Positions 1 through 11,180 of a stretch of DNA of 64,000 nucleotides are shown in pieces. Origin of the DNA: Candidatus Adlerbacteria bacterium (lineage in GTDB: Bacteria > Patescibacteriota > Minisyncoccia > Phycocordibacterales > SBAW01); assembly GCA_028286685.1 (NCBI GenBank), contig JAQBRA010000002.1, forward strand, positions 65,073 to 129,072, given 5' to 3'. The notes under the pieces are model-generated. The model saw only the letters and a list, made by a program, of their open reading frames with translations, had not been told where the DNA came from and did not search any database. The stretch's first letter is position 1, and every line of letters starts with the position of its first letter. The position numbers and the translations under genes were made by a program.

Positions 1-336
1 CTTAAGGTCCGGGTATGCCTCAGAGACGGCAAACAAAGACTTGAGCGCTCCAGTGAGCATGTTCTCGGCCTCGGCTTTTGCCTCGACAGACCCGGCATCC
101 ATGGCGGCGGCGCGCGCAAGGGTTACCTTTTCGAGCGTGCCGGCCTCGTGGGTCATGTAGCCCTTAACCGCCTCTACCAGGTTAGGGATAAGGTCGTACC
201 GGCGCTTGAGCTGCACGTCGATATCCGCCCACGCCTCCTTGGTGCGCTGCACGAGCCGCACAAAGCGGTTGTAGGCCGCGATAACCCAGACCGCGAACAG
301 CACCAGGATCCCCAGCACTATGTAGATTATCGTCAT
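1..336 (-). CDS. LemA family protein (partial; C-terminus runs off the window start)
   Basis: Reverse-strand translation from the ATG at 334-336 gives [60 protein letters not shown]..., which matches the LemA signature. The frame stays open to position 1. Confidence 0.6.
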   Translation of the reverse strand, partial: MTIIYIVLGILVLFAVWVIAAYNRFVRLVQRTKEAWADIDVQLKRRYDLIPNLVEAVKGYMTHEAGTLEKVTLARAAAMDAGSVEAKAEAENMLTGALKSLFAVSEAYPDLK

Positions 337-423
337 GCCGTAATTGTAACAGGTCTACCCAGATTGCAAGGCCCTTTTAAAAATGGTACTTTCCAATCGG
401 AATCAAACCCAGGAGAAGTACCG

Positions 424-783
424 ATGCGCTCGCTGAATAACCCTCTTTCTGACGGCTCGCCCTACCACCCCAACAGTCATGGCGCGGAGACGACTAAAAC
501 GTATCCGGCCCGGACGATCGTCGTCCTCGACACCGGCAAGCCGGGCCAGAAGCGCGAGTATCGCCTGGCCATACTGACCAGGCGGGACTTCGAGGAAGGC
601 TTGCGCTGCCAAGACGGCATTAGCCTCAATCGGCGCGTGGCCGAGCGGTGTTTTAGCGGAAACACGGTCTACACGGATGAAGATGCGGCGAAGAAGGACG
701 CCCGAGCGCTTGTCCCCGCGGGAGAGAACAGCATCGGCATCAAGATACTGCAGTTCCATCAGGAGTTCCCCGGCATCGATTGA
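424..783 (+). CDS. hypothetical protein (~119 aa)
   Basis: An AGGAGA ribosome-binding site sits 8 nt upstream of the ATG at 424. A TTGCAA-N17-TACTTT promoter-like pair lies upstream. The longer track ORF 148..783 runs antisense to lemA and was trimmed. Confidence 0.4.
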   Translation: MRSLNNPLSDGSPYHPNSHGAETTKTYPARTIVVLDTGKPGQKREYRLAILTRRDFEEGLRCQDGISLNRRVAERCFSGNTVYTDEDAAKKDARALVPAGENSIGIKILQFHQEFPGID

Positions 784-840
784 GCCGCAGTGCTCCCGTT
801 TAGCCACAGGATCGGCACAAACTGATAGAGCAAAGAACAA

Positions 841-885
841 TGCGGCCCGGAACTCTTGGTTCCGGGCCGCATTTTTATTTATTTT
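841..885. terminator. bidirectional rho-independent terminator hairpin between the convergent hypothetical gene and groEL
   Basis: GCGGCCCGGAAC-tcttg-GTTCCGGGCCGC stem with T/A runs on both sides. Confidence 0.5.
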
Positions 886-887
886 GG

Positions 888-2974
<2,087 letters not shown>

Positions 2975-3118
2975 ATCAATCCTATAAAAAAGCTAATAAC
3001 GATATCGTATTTCGGGCTTACTATAGTTCGTCCTTCGGGCCATTTCAAGTCCCGAGGGTCAAGACCCCTTTTCTCTCGCCTATTGCGCCGCTTTTTCGGT
3101 GTGGTACTATACTTACCA

Positions 3119-3346
3119 ATGACTCTCGCGGGGATTCTCCCCTACATCCAGATGGTGCTCAGCATCTTGCTTATCACAAGCGTGCTTTTGCAGCAGACCG
3201 GGGCCTCCTTGGGAGGCGCCTTCGGCGGAGATAACTTCTCTGCGGCATACCATACCCGCCGCGGCTCGGAGCTCTTTCTCTTCTGGGCGACTATCGTCAT
3301 TGCGGTACTCTTTGCAGGCACCGCACTCCTCGCACTCGTTATCTAA
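3119..3346 (+). CDS. secG: preprotein translocase subunit SecG
   Basis: MTLAGILPYIQMVLSILLITSVLLQQTGASLGGAFGGDNFSAAYHTRRGSE... matches SecG. The track ORF was trimmed to the internal ATG. Confidence 0.8.
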   Translation: MTLAGILPYIQMVLSILLITSVLLQQTGASLGGAFGGDNFSAAYHTRRGSELFLFWATIVIAVLFAGTALLALVI

Positions 3347-3400
3347 CTTACTTACACAAGCACAAGCTTAAGGTCGACTTCGGCTTTACGTTTACGCGTT

Positions 3401-5155
3401 ATGTCAAAACTCCATCTCCCGAGCTTACGTTTGCCGTTTTTGCGCAAAGCGCACGAGACCTACGACTCATTCACCGCATCGGGCCGCGCGCTTTTCTTAT
3501 TCTTCGCCGCGCTGTGCGCCCTATCTTCGCTCAGTCTCGTCTATATGCTCAACGCCTCCCTCTTGGTGGCCGCTCCAGCGCGCGGGGGCTCCTTAACCGA
3601 AGGGCTCATAGGCTCGCCGCGCTTCATAAATCCGATCTTGGCGCTTTCGGACGCCGACCGCGATCTAACCGCATTGACCTACTCGGGCCTCCTGCGCGCC
3701 AATTCCGACGGCACCTACCAGCCCGACCTGGCGAGCGCATATACCGTATCCGACGACGGCCTCACGTACACCTTTACGATCCGGCCCGAAGCGACCTTCC
3801 ATGACGGCCGCGCGGTTACTGCGGCAGATATAGTCTTTACGGTACAGAAGGCGCAGGCTGCGGCGCTCAAGTCGCCCCTGCGCGCCAACTGGGACGGCGT
3901 TCTGGCAGAAGCAGTAGACCCCGCAACCGTGCGCTTTACGCTCAAGGCCGCCTACGCGCCGTTTATAAAAAACCTGACGCTGGGCATACTTCCCGAGCAC
4001 CTCTGGGGCAGCATCTCGGAGGAAGAGTTCCCTTTCAGCGAGCTTAATGCCGAGCCAGTAGGCTCGGGCCCCTACCGCGTCGAGCAAGTATCCCGCACCG
4101 CTTCCGGCATCCCCTCTTCCTACGAGCTTGTCCCTTTTAAGAACTACATGCTGGGGCAGCCCTACCTGTCGCTTACCCTGCGCTTTTACCAGAGCGAGGA
4201 CGCGCTGGTGCAGGCCCTCCAGGGAGGCGAGGTTGATGCGGCAAGCGGACTCTCTCCCGACAAGCTCGCGGGACTCAAGGCCGACATCTCGACCGCATCC
4301 CTTAACCGGGTCTTCGGCGTTTTCTTCAATCAGAACCAATCAGAACTCCTGAGGCAAAAGGCCGTGCGCGAGGCGCTCGACGCGGCCATAGATCGCCAGG
4401 ACCTGGTAGAGAAAGTGCTCGGAGGCTACGGCACGCCCCTTACCGGCCCCGTGCCGCCTTCTATCATGGGCGCGCTTAAGAGCGAGCCGGCCTCCAGCAC
4501 GCTTGCCGCGCAAGACCGCCTGGCAAAAGCCCAGAAAATTCTCTCTGACAACGGATGGGAGCTTAATGAGAGCGGCGTGCAGGTAAAGACGACCGGTACC
4601 GGCAAAAATGCCACGTCGCAGACGCTGGCCTTCGACCTTTCAACCGCCAACGTGCCGGAGCTGCGCGCCGCGGCGGAGTACCTGCGTGAGACGTGGGGCC
4701 GGCTCGGCGTCCAGGTTACCGTCAAGGTATTCGAGGCGGGCGACCTTTCGCAGAACGTTATCCGTCCGCGCAAATACGATGCGCTCCTCTTTGGCGAGGT
4801 CATCGGCCGCGAGCTCGACCTCTTCGCGTTCTGGCACAGCAGCCAGCGCAACGATCCGGGCCTCAATGTCGCTGGCTACGCCAACTCGACCGCCGATGAT
4901 GCGCTAGAGTCCCTGCGCCAGACAACCGACCAGGCAGAGCGCGCCAAGCTGTACCAGGAGTTCAGCGACGAGCTCGCCGCGGACATTCCGGCCGTGTTTC
5001 TCTATGCGCCCGATTTCGTGTATAGTATCCCTAAAGACATTCAGGGGCTTAACCTTGGATTAGTTGAGAGCCCGAGCGACCGTTTCTTAAGCGTAACGCA
5101 GTGGCACCGCGAAGTGGACTACGTGTGGCCCGTGTTTTTAGGCGGCAACCGCTAG
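3401..5155 (+). CDS. ABC transporter substrate-binding protein, family 5 (peptide/nickel, Opp/Dpp-like)
   Basis: N-terminal membrane anchor and signal. Internal motifs such as PDLASAYTVSDDGLTYTFTIRPEATFHDGRAVTAADIV are typical of SBP_bac_5. Confidence 0.75.
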   Translation: MSKLHLPSLRLPFLRKAHETYDSFTASGRALFLFFAALCALSSLSLVYMLNASLLVAAPARGGSLTEGLIGSPRFINPILALSDADRDLTALTYSGLLRANSDGTYQPDLASAYTVSDDGLTYTFTIRPEATFHDGRAVTAADIVFTVQKAQAAALKSPLRANWDGVLAEAVDPATVRFTLKAAYAPFIKNLTLGILPEHLWGSISEEEFPFSELNAEPVGSGPYRVEQVSRTASGIPSSYELVPFKNYMLGQPYLSLTLRFYQSEDALVQALQGGEVDAASGLSPDKLAGLKADISTASLNRVFGVFFNQNQSELLRQKAVREALDAAIDRQDLVEKVLGGYGTPLTGPVPPSIMGALKSEPASSTLAAQDRLAKAQKILSDNGWELNESGVQVKTTGTGKNATSQTLAFDLSTANVPELRAAAEYLRETWGRLGVQVTVKVFEAGDLSQNVIRPRKYDALLFGEVIGRELDLFAFWHSSQRNDPGLNVAGYANSTADDALESLRQTTDQAERAKLYQEFSDELAADIPAVFLYAPDFVYSIPKDIQGLNLGLVESPSDRFLSVTQWHREVDYVWPVFLGGNR

Positions 5156-5217
5156 CTAAGACAGCTCCAAAAACAGAGTCTTTCCTTTAATAAAAGTTAA
5201 CCGTTAGCATTACAATC

Positions 5218-7167
5218 ATGGAAGAAAAGAAACCGCAGCACGTGGCGCCGCGCCAGGCCCAGCCGGGACCATCCCAAGGCGGCAACCGCCCGGGCAGAAG
5301 CCCCCAGCAATCGCGCCCGCAAGGCGGCAAACCGGGAGCCAGGAGCCCCTTTGGCTCCGCAGGGCGCTCAGGCGGCCGCGGAGGACGCGGACGCTTGCGC
5401 CAGGGCGGCCCCAAGCCGCATCAGGCGCACCCCGTGCGCCAGGACATTGGCTCGGGCATCCCGGACCCTGAAGATAAGCCTATTCCTCCCCTAGCCCCCG
5501 GCAATATCCGCATCATCCCTTTGGGCGGCGTCGAGGAGATCGGCCGCAACATGACCCTCGTGGAGGTAGGCGATGACATTATCGCTATCGACTGCGGGTT
5601 CCAGTTCCGCGAGGCTGACACCCCGGGCGTCGACTACATTTTGCCCAATACCAAGTACATGGAGGAGCGCCGCGACAAGATCCGAGGCCTGTTCATCACG
5701 CACGGCCACCTCGACCACATCGGCGGCATCCCGTATGTCATCGATCGCATCGGCTACCCGCCGGTCTACACCCGCGCCCTTACCTCCGTCATGATCCGCA
5801 AGCGCCAGGAAGAGTTCCCTAACCTCAAGCCTTTGGACATCAAGGAGGTTGAGAAGGCCGACACCGTTACCGTGGGCAAGCTCAAAGTTAAATTCTTCAG
5901 CGTTACCCACACCATTCCCGACGCGATGGGCGTCATTATCGAGACCCCGTACGGCGACCTCGTCTTTACCGGCGACCTCAAAGTCGACCACAACGACGGC
6001 GTCCCTACCCCCGAGGAAGAGAAGGAGTTCGCTTACTTCAAGGACCGCAAGGTGCTCTTCCTCGCTGCCGACTCCACCAACTGCGAGCGCGCCGGCTTCT
6101 CTATCCCCGAGCGCGTGGTCACCAAGACCATGGACGACATTATCGCCAATACTCCGGGCCGGCTCATCATCGGCACGTTCTCCTCGCAGCTCGAGCGCCT
6201 GATGCGCATCATCGAGCAGGCGGAGCGCGTCGGCCGCAAGATTTTGGTTGAAGGCCGCTCCATGAAGGTCAACATCGAAATTGTTAAGCAGCTGGGCCTC
6301 CTCAAGGTAGACGAGAAGACCTTTATCGATTCCGCCCAGCTTGAAAACTTCCCCGACCCCAAGGTCATGATATTGGCGACCGGCGCCCAGGGCGACGAGT
6401 TTGCCGCGCTCATGCGCATCGCCATGAAGACGCACAAGTACGTCAAGATGCGCAAGGGCGACACCGTCGTCCTGTCTTCCTCTGTAGTCCCGGGCAACGA
6501 GCGCTCGGTGCAGAAGCTCAAGGACAACCTCTCGCGCCAGGGCGCCCGCATCATCCACCGCGAGCAGATGGACGTGCACGCCTCCGGCCACGCAAACCGC
6601 GACGAGACCTTCTGGATCCACCAGAAGATCAACCCGCGCTTCTTTATGCCGATGCACGGCTACCACTACATGCTGCGCGTGCACGCCGACATCGCCAAGG
6701 CCTGCGGCCGCACCGAGGACGAGATCATCGTTCCGGACAACGGCGCGATACTCGAGATCCAGGACGAGGGTCAGAAGATCGTGCGCCTCAAGGAGTCCGC
6801 TCCTAATTCCCTGCGCCTCGTAGACGGCTTCTCTATCGGCGACATCCAGGAGGTGGTCATCCGCGACCGCACCGTCCTGGCCCAGGAAGGCATGTTCGTC
6901 ATCATCGCCACCGTCAATCCCAAGACCGGCAAGCTGCGCAAGTCCCCGGACATCATCTCGCGCGGCTTCGTGTACCTGCGCGAGAGCCAGGAGCTCCTCA
7001 ACCAGGCGCGCATACTGGTCAAGAAATCGATCGAGGATGCGGCCGCGGGCCAGCAGCCGGTCAACTTCGACTTCGTCAAGAATCAGGTTACCGACAACCT
7101 CGCGCGCTTCCTCTTCGAGAAGACCAACAAGCGCCCGATCGTTATCCCGGTAGTGCTCGGCGTGTAA
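5218..7167 (+). CDS. rnj: ribonuclease J (metallo-beta-lactamase/beta-CASP) with an RG-rich N-terminal extension
   Basis: IIPLGGVEEIGRNMTLVEVGDDIIAIDCGF and ITHGHLDHIGGIPYV are RNase J motifs. The first ~100 aa are low-complexity and RGG-rich. Confidence 0.9.
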   Translation: MEEKKPQHVAPRQAQPGPSQGGNRPGRSPQQSRPQGGKPGARSPFGSAGRSGGRGGRGRLRQGGPKPHQAHPVRQDIGSGIPDPEDKPIPPLAPGNIRIIPLGGVEEIGRNMTLVEVGDDIIAIDCGFQFREADTPGVDYILPNTKYMEERRDKIRGLFITHGHLDHIGGIPYVIDRIGYPPVYTRALTSVMIRKRQEEFPNLKPLDIKEVEKADTVTVGKLKVKFFSVTHTIPDAMGVIIETPYGDLVFTGDLKVDHNDGVPTPEEEKEFAYFKDRKVLFLAADSTNCERAGFSIPERVVTKTMDDIIANTPGRLIIGTFSSQLERLMRIIEQAERVGRKILVEGRSMKVNIEIVKQLGLLKVDEKTFIDSAQLENFPDPKVMILATGAQGDEFAALMRIAMKTHKYVKMRKGDTVVLSSSVVPGNERSVQKLKDNLSRQGARIIHREQMDVHASGHANRDETFWIHQKINPRFFMPMHGYHYMLRVHADIAKACGRTEDEIIVPDNGAILEIQDEGQKIVRLKESAPNSLRLVDGFSIGDIQEVVIRDRTVLAQEGMFVIIATVNPKTGKLRKSPDIISRGFVYLRESQELLNQARILVKKSIEDAAAGQQPVNFDFVKNQVTDNLARFLFEKTNKRPIVIPVVLGV

Positions 7168-7185
7168 CTAACCGAATACTTAAAA

Positions 7186-7217
7186 GAAAAAGGCGCGGAA
7201 CATTCCGCGCCTTTTTC
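7186..7217 (+). terminator. rho-independent terminator after rnj
   Basis: GGCGCGGAA-cat-TCCGCGCC stem followed by TTTTTCT. Confidence 0.6.
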
Positions 7218-7286
7218 TAATCTCGTTGCCCTAAATGGACGGGCGTGCTATAAACCTTAGCGGACTTGAACCCAGGGAGGAAATGA

Positions 7287-7493
7287 TTGCGCTCATACAG
7301 GGCCAACGAAAAGAAGCACGCCAAGGATCAGTACGAGAAAAAGAAACAGGTGCCCGGCGGCCGGACAGCTCCGGCGGTGACACACATGGATCCAAGCCTG
7401 ATTCTAAGGAGCGATAAAAGCGCTCCCAGCGGCATGCAGCGCTTCTCGGATAAATACCGCGACCTGATGCCTCTGTTCGGTAAGCAGAGCTAG
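7287..7493 (+). CDS. hypothetical small basic protein (TTG start)
   Basis: GGGAGG lies 6 nt upstream of the TTG, and a terminator hairpin follows the stop directly. The alternative frame 7235..7417 has less support. Confidence 0.3.
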   Translation: MRSYRANEKKHAKDQYEKKKQVPGGRTAPAVTHMDPSLILRSDKSAPSGMQRFSDKYRDLMPLFGKQS

Positions 7494-7504
7494 GGAACGT
7501 TCGG

Positions 7505-7539
7505 GGCGCGGCATTCCATATGCCGCGCCTTTTGCTTTG
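7505..7539 (+). terminator. rho-independent terminator
   Basis: GGCGCGGCAT-tccat-ATGCCGCGCC stem followed by TTTTGCTTTG. Confidence 0.55.
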
Positions 7540-7564
7540 ACAAAAAACCTTTACGCGCTAAAGT
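7537..7564 (+). promoter_or_regulatory. sigma70-like promoter (TTGACA-N16-TAAAGT)
   Basis: -35 TTGACA at 7537-7542 and -10 TAAAGT at 7559-7564, upstream of the small ORF at 7615. Confidence 0.4.
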
Positions 7565-7614
7565 AACCCGTGGGCCACAAGGGGTGGCTTGTTCTATTGA
7601 AAAACGGGGATCTT

Positions 7615-7794
7615 ATGCGGGGACAAGGCAAGCTATCATTAGTGCTGAATCTTGAAGAAGCGCCTATAAGCGACCAGGAGCTGGGCAAGCTCCTGAAAGA
7701 CCAAGGACTCGACATGCAAACCTTACTCATCAGCGCCAGCCAGGCGTTCGAGAAGCAGTTCGGCACCAGCGAGGAGAGCGGGCGGCACTTTTAA
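7615..7794 (+). CDS. hypothetical small protein (~59 aa)
   Basis: GGGGA lies 6 nt upstream of the ATG. The track ORF 7570..7794 was trimmed to this methionine. Confidence 0.3.
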   Translation: MRGQGKLSLVLNLEEAPISDQELGKLLKDQGLDMQTLLISASQAFEKQFGTSEESGRHF

Positions 7795-8579
7795 GCCGCA
7801 ATTCTAAACTTTTTACCGGCCTCGATAATGAGGCCATCCTTCACCAAGCGCGATAGTTCGCGCGCAACCTCTTCCGCTTTGCGGGAGAGGTTTTTTGCTA
7901 GCACGGCCAGGGTTGCCGGATTTTTTAGCAGCTCGCGCAGTATGGCTCCGCGCAGCTCGCGAGCACTGCCCTTAAACTTCGACTGCTTTGCGTAATGCTT
8001 GCTCTTGGCGTTTAGCTTGACTCCTTTTGCCTTAAGATCCGAGCCGTAGTCCATGAGCGCGGCGTAAAAGTCGCGCGGCTCCATTTTGGATTTCTTTAAA
8101 GCTTCTTCAACCAGCGGCAGGAGTTCCGCATCGGACATCGGCTCTTTAGTATCCAGATGATAGAAAAAGACCGTGCGTATGTTGGTCTCGATAAAGACCG
8201 TCGGCTTATTGTGGGCAAAGGCCAAGACCGCTGCAGCAGTGTAGGGCCCCACGCCCGGCAGCTTGCGTCCATTCCACCCTTCTTGCGCCAAAATCTTCCC
8301 TGCCTCGTACAGGTAGCGGCCGCGGCGGTTATAGCCCAAGCCCTGCCACGCCTGCAAAACTTCCGATAACGGTCCCTTAGCGAGGGCCTTTGCAGTGGGA
8401 AACTTCTTGAGGAAATTCTTATAATACGGAATGACCCGGGCGACCTGCGTCTGCTGGAGCATCACCTCGGAAACTAAGATGCGATACGGGTCGCGGGTTG
8501 CGCGCCAGGGCAAATGGGATCTCCCCTCTTTTTTATAAAACGCCCTCAGGTCGCGCAAAAGCTTCTGCATACCCCACAC
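7791..8579 (-). CDS. HhH-GPD base-excision DNA glycosylase (MutY/endonuclease III-like, short form)
   Basis: ILVSEVMLQQTQVARVIPYYKNFLKKFPT...GLGYNRRGRYL matches HhH-GPD. I see no NUDIX-like C-terminal domain; the tail is a basic HTH-like segment. Confidence 0.7.
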   Translation of the reverse strand: MWGMQKLLRDLRAFYKKEGRSHLPWRATRDPYRILVSEVMLQQTQVARVIPYYKNFLKKFPTAKALAKGPLSEVLQAWQGLGYNRRGRYLYEAGKILAQEGWNGRKLPGVGPYTAAAVLAFAHNKPTVFIETNIRTVFFYHLDTKEPMSDAELLPLVEEALKKSKMEPRDFYAALMDYGSDLKAKGVKLNAKSKHYAKQSKFKGSARELRGAILRELLKNPATLAVLAKNLSRKAEEVARELSRLVKDGLIIEAGKKFRIAA

Positions 8580-8589
8580 TCTAAAGCAA

Positions 8590-8619
8590 AATGCCCCGCT
8601 TTGCAGCGGGGCATTTTGG
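8590..8619. terminator. perfect hairpin terminator downstream of the RRM gene
   Basis: AAAATGCCCCGC-tttgca-GCGGGGCATTTT. Confidence 0.6.
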
Positions 8620-8636
8620 ACCTATCGGCCGAAGAA

Positions 8637-8888
8637 TTATGCCTTCGGGCGAGCGTCGGAAACCGTCAGCATGCGTCCGCCGAAATCCTTGCCATTCCAC
8701 ATCTCGATGGCCTTGTCAGCGTCTGCATCCTGCGCCATCTCCACGAAGCCGAAGCCCCGGGAGCGGCCGGTCTCGCGATCGGTCACGATGGAAGCGGATG
8801 CAACCTCGCCCGCCTGGGCAAATGCATCGCGCAGCTCATCACCCGTCGTGCGGTACGGAAGACCGCCGACGAAAAGTTTGCGTGCCAT
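8637..8888 (-). CDS. RRM-type RNA-binding protein
   Basis: MARKLFVGGLPYRTTGDELRDAFAQAGEV...RGFGFVEM carries the RNP2 and RNP1 motifs. Confidence 0.8.
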   Translation of the reverse strand: MARKLFVGGLPYRTTGDELRDAFAQAGEVASASIVTDRETGRSRGFGFVEMAQDADADKAIEMWNGKDFGGRMLTVSDARPKA

Positions 8889-8991
8889 ATCTACGAAAAC
8901 AACTTTCTTGAGTAAAGCGTTCCTCGTAAGGCGACCCTCCTGACGCCTGATGGCACATGGAGCACTTACTGCGAACGCCCTCACTGTAGCA

Positions 8992-9678
8992 CTAGTATGC
9001 GGGCTTTGCAATGACTACCAGCCGCTTGTCAAAACCCCGCTCGCTCTCTATCCACTCGCCCTCGCAGGTAATCAAAACGAGCTGGGAAGGCCCCGAGGTC
9101 GCAAACAGGCTGGCCGCGGGCGCCTCATCGGCGTCAAACAGACGCAGCTCGGCTACCTGGTAGACCAGGGTGCGGCCTGCGGCATCGGAGACGGTTACAT
9201 AGTCCCCTTTTTGTATCTGGCTTAAATGCGCGAACACCCCGGCCTCAGTGAGCGCATTATTGACATGGCCGGCCATGACTGCGCTGCCTGCCGCGCCCGG
9301 CTTTGCGCCCGGCGCATAAAACCCGACCTTCATAAAATCGCGCGGCGTGCCCATCGAGCCGTCGGCCTTTTTGCCCACCTCCTCGACAACGGCATCAATT
9401 CCCAGCGATGGCACCTTGAGGCGCGCGGGCGCCAAGGCCGTAGAGCTCGCCGAAGCTTCCGGCACGACTGCAGGCTTAAGCGCTGCGGCCGGAGCGAAAG
9501 CATCAAACAAAGCGCCGTCTCCGGCGACTGCCTGGGCCAGGCGCGAGCTGACATCGGCCAGGCCGATAACCACCATGAGTATGCCTATAACGACCGCTAC
9601 CCGGCGCAGCCAAAGGGCCCAGGCAGGATCGCTGTCTGCGGACCTAGCGTGTAACAGCAGCAAGGGCTTGTCTTGCAT
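8992..9678 (-). CDS. sortase family transpeptidase
   Basis: N-terminal TM segment, then GTPRDFMKVGFYAPG...LVLITCEGEW, a TLxTC-like catalytic-cysteine motif. Confidence 0.7.
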   Translation of the reverse strand: MQDKPLLLLHARSADSDPAWALWLRRVAVVIGILMVVIGLADVSSRLAQAVAGDGALFDAFAPAAALKPAVVPEASASSTALAPARLKVPSLGIDAVVEEVGKKADGSMGTPRDFMKVGFYAPGAKPGAAGSAVMAGHVNNALTEAGVFAHLSQIQKGDYVTVSDAAGRTLVYQVAELRLFDADEAPAASLFATSGPSQLVLITCEGEWIESERGFDKRLVVIAKPAY

Positions 9679-10174
9679 AGGGGTAAAGCGCTATCGAAGT
9701 GCCCAGCAGGAGCACGACCGCAAAGGCCAGGGCGGCGGCATTGTGCGGAGCAAAGCCCGCATGAGGCCACGAAGGATAGAGGGCCGAGGTCAGCGTGACG
9801 CGCGGCCCTTGGCCATCGTACGGCTGGTAGAAAGACGGCGAAAACGGCTCGCCATAGCCCGGCATGGGGACCACCTCAACGTAGCAGCTGGCGCGGCGGC
9901 TGCCCCAGATAACCGTTACCTGCTGCACGCCCAGCTCGGTCATGGGCGCTACAAAGACGGAACCCGCATCAACGAAGCCGAGATCATTCGTACTCCACAT
10001 AAAAGGACCGGGCGCGGTAGCAACGGCCGTAAAGCGCCCCGCATTGCCCAAAGAGACGACCGGATAAGCTGCGGCGCAATCGAGCTCGGGAGTTACATAA
10101 GAAGTCCGGGCTGCAGTCAAGACCGGCACCAGGAGTCCTGCAAGAGCGAGGGCGTACAGAATGGGTTTCAGCAT
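9644..10174 (-). CDS. hypothetical exported protein with a C-terminal TM anchor
   Basis: Signal peptide MLKPILYALALAGLLVPVLTAA and a C-terminal hydrophobic segment with a basic tail. It sits next to the sortase gene. Confidence 0.4.
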   Translation of the reverse strand: MLKPILYALALAGLLVPVLTAARTSYVTPELDCAAAYPVVSLGNAGRFTAVATAPGPFMWSTNDLGFVDAGSVFVAPMTELGVQQVTVIWGSRRASCYVEVVPMPGYGEPFSPSFYQPYDGQGPRVTLTSALYPSWPHAGFAPHNAAALAFAVVLLLGTSIALYPYARQALAAVTR

Positions 10175-10218
10175 AGCGGGCCAATCCTACCACTTAGGGG
10201 CGGAATTTCAACCCGAAC

Positions 10219-10425
10219 CTAGAGACCTGCGGGGAGTGCGACAGAGCTCAAAAAGGCCGGTATGGCGAGCGGTATAAGTAGGAGCGGAATGACGATAACC
10301 GCCAAGGTAATGATTCCGGTCCAGAGCATGTACTTGCGCATCTTCTCCACCGAGGCCGCGGCAACGTCAAGCTTGCCCTCTAGCTCAGCAAGCTTTATTT
10401 CCATGCGGTCGAGCTGTTCGTTCAT
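10219..10425 (-). CDS. small membrane protein with an N-terminal coiled coil
   Basis: MNEQLDRMEIKLAELEGKLD... followed by one TM helix. Confidence 0.3.
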   Translation of the reverse strand: MNEQLDRMEIKLAELEGKLDVAAASVEKMRKYMLWTGIITLAVIVIPLLLIPLAIPAFLSSVALPAGL

Positions 10426-10440
10426 ACCCGTAGTATACCT

Positions 10441-11160
10441 TTATATCCCCGCCAGCCGAATGACGCCAAAAAGAGCGAGCGCGCCCAAGAGCGTCGCTGC
10501 CGTAGTCCAAAAGGTCGGATGCGCGTGATGAGACTCGGGTATGAGGTCCGAAGCGCCGATGTAGAGGAAGAAGCCGGAAAACAGCGCCAACAGGAGGCCG
10601 AGATTCTCATCCGTCACGCCAAACAGCATGGTGGCCGCGATGCCCAGCACGGGAGCGGCGGCATCCACCAGGAGCCACTGCATCGCGCGCGTGCGCGATC
10701 CGCCGTGGCGCGTGACGACGCTTACGGTATTGATGCCGTCGCTAAAGTCATGCGCCAAGACCGCCACTGCGACGATAAGCCCGACCGCGACATCGACCTG
10801 GAACGCCAGGCCAATTCCGATGCCGTCGAGGAAGCTGTGCAAAGAGAGCGAGCCGGCGCGGACATGGCCGCGGGACGCCTCGTGCTCGTGGTCTTCGTGC
10901 GCATGGCTGTGCAAAAGGAGCAGGCGATCAAGCAGCAGGTACAGCATAAAACCGAGCGCCACGACCCCTAATATAACGCTCGCGTCATAGGCTGCTCCCA
11001 GCTCCAGCGCCTCAGGCATAAGGTCAAAAAAAGCGACCGCAATAACCGCTCCTGCGCTGAAGCCCAGGATAAGATGCAGCCGGTCGCGCAAGCGCAGCGC
11101 CAGGTAGCCGCCAAGCATAGTCGAAGCAAAAGCTGCGGCGGCGATAAAAAATAGTGTCAT
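10441..11160 (-). CDS. ZIP family zinc transporter (ZupT-like)
   Basis: HEDHEHEASRGH histidine-rich loop and HSFLDGIGIGLAFQ motif. Start placed at MTLFF so it does not overlap the regulator gene. Confidence 0.8.
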   Translation of the reverse strand: MTLFFIAAAAFASTMLGGYLALRLRDRLHLILGFSAGAVIAVAFFDLMPEALELGAAYDASVILGVVALGFMLYLLLDRLLLLHSHAHEDHEHEASRGHVRAGSLSLHSFLDGIGIGLAFQVDVAVGLIVAVAVLAHDFSDGINTVSVVTRHGGSRTRAMQWLLVDAAAPVLGIAATMLFGVTDENLGLLLALFSGFFLYIGASDLIPESHHAHPTFWTTAATLLGALALFGVIRLAGI

Positions 11161-11180
11161 GAAAAGTAAGTAGCGGATAA

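Noticed and set aside
148-783. Long plus-strand ORF (211 aa) at the window start
   Set aside because: Its first ~190 nt run antisense to a clear LemA-family coding region that reads open to position 1. I trimmed it to the internal ATG at 424, which has an AGGAGA ribosome-binding site.
403-840. Minus-strand 145-aa ORF
   Set aside because: Arginine-rich and low-complexity. It is antisense to the better-supported 424..783 frame and has no ribosome-binding site.
2975-3118. CIRCE/HrcA heat-shock operator upstream of groES
   Set aside because: No TTAGCACTC-N9-GAGTGCTAA-like inverted repeat is present upstream of groES or groEL.
5205-5217. TACAAT immediately 5' of the rnj ATG as a leaderless promoter
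   Set aside because: The hexamer ends 1 nt before the ATG, which would place the transcription start inside the coding region. I did not count it among the leaderless examples.
5491-6684. 397-aa minus-strand ORF
   Set aside because: Antisense to rnj; V/A/G/D-rich shadow ORF.
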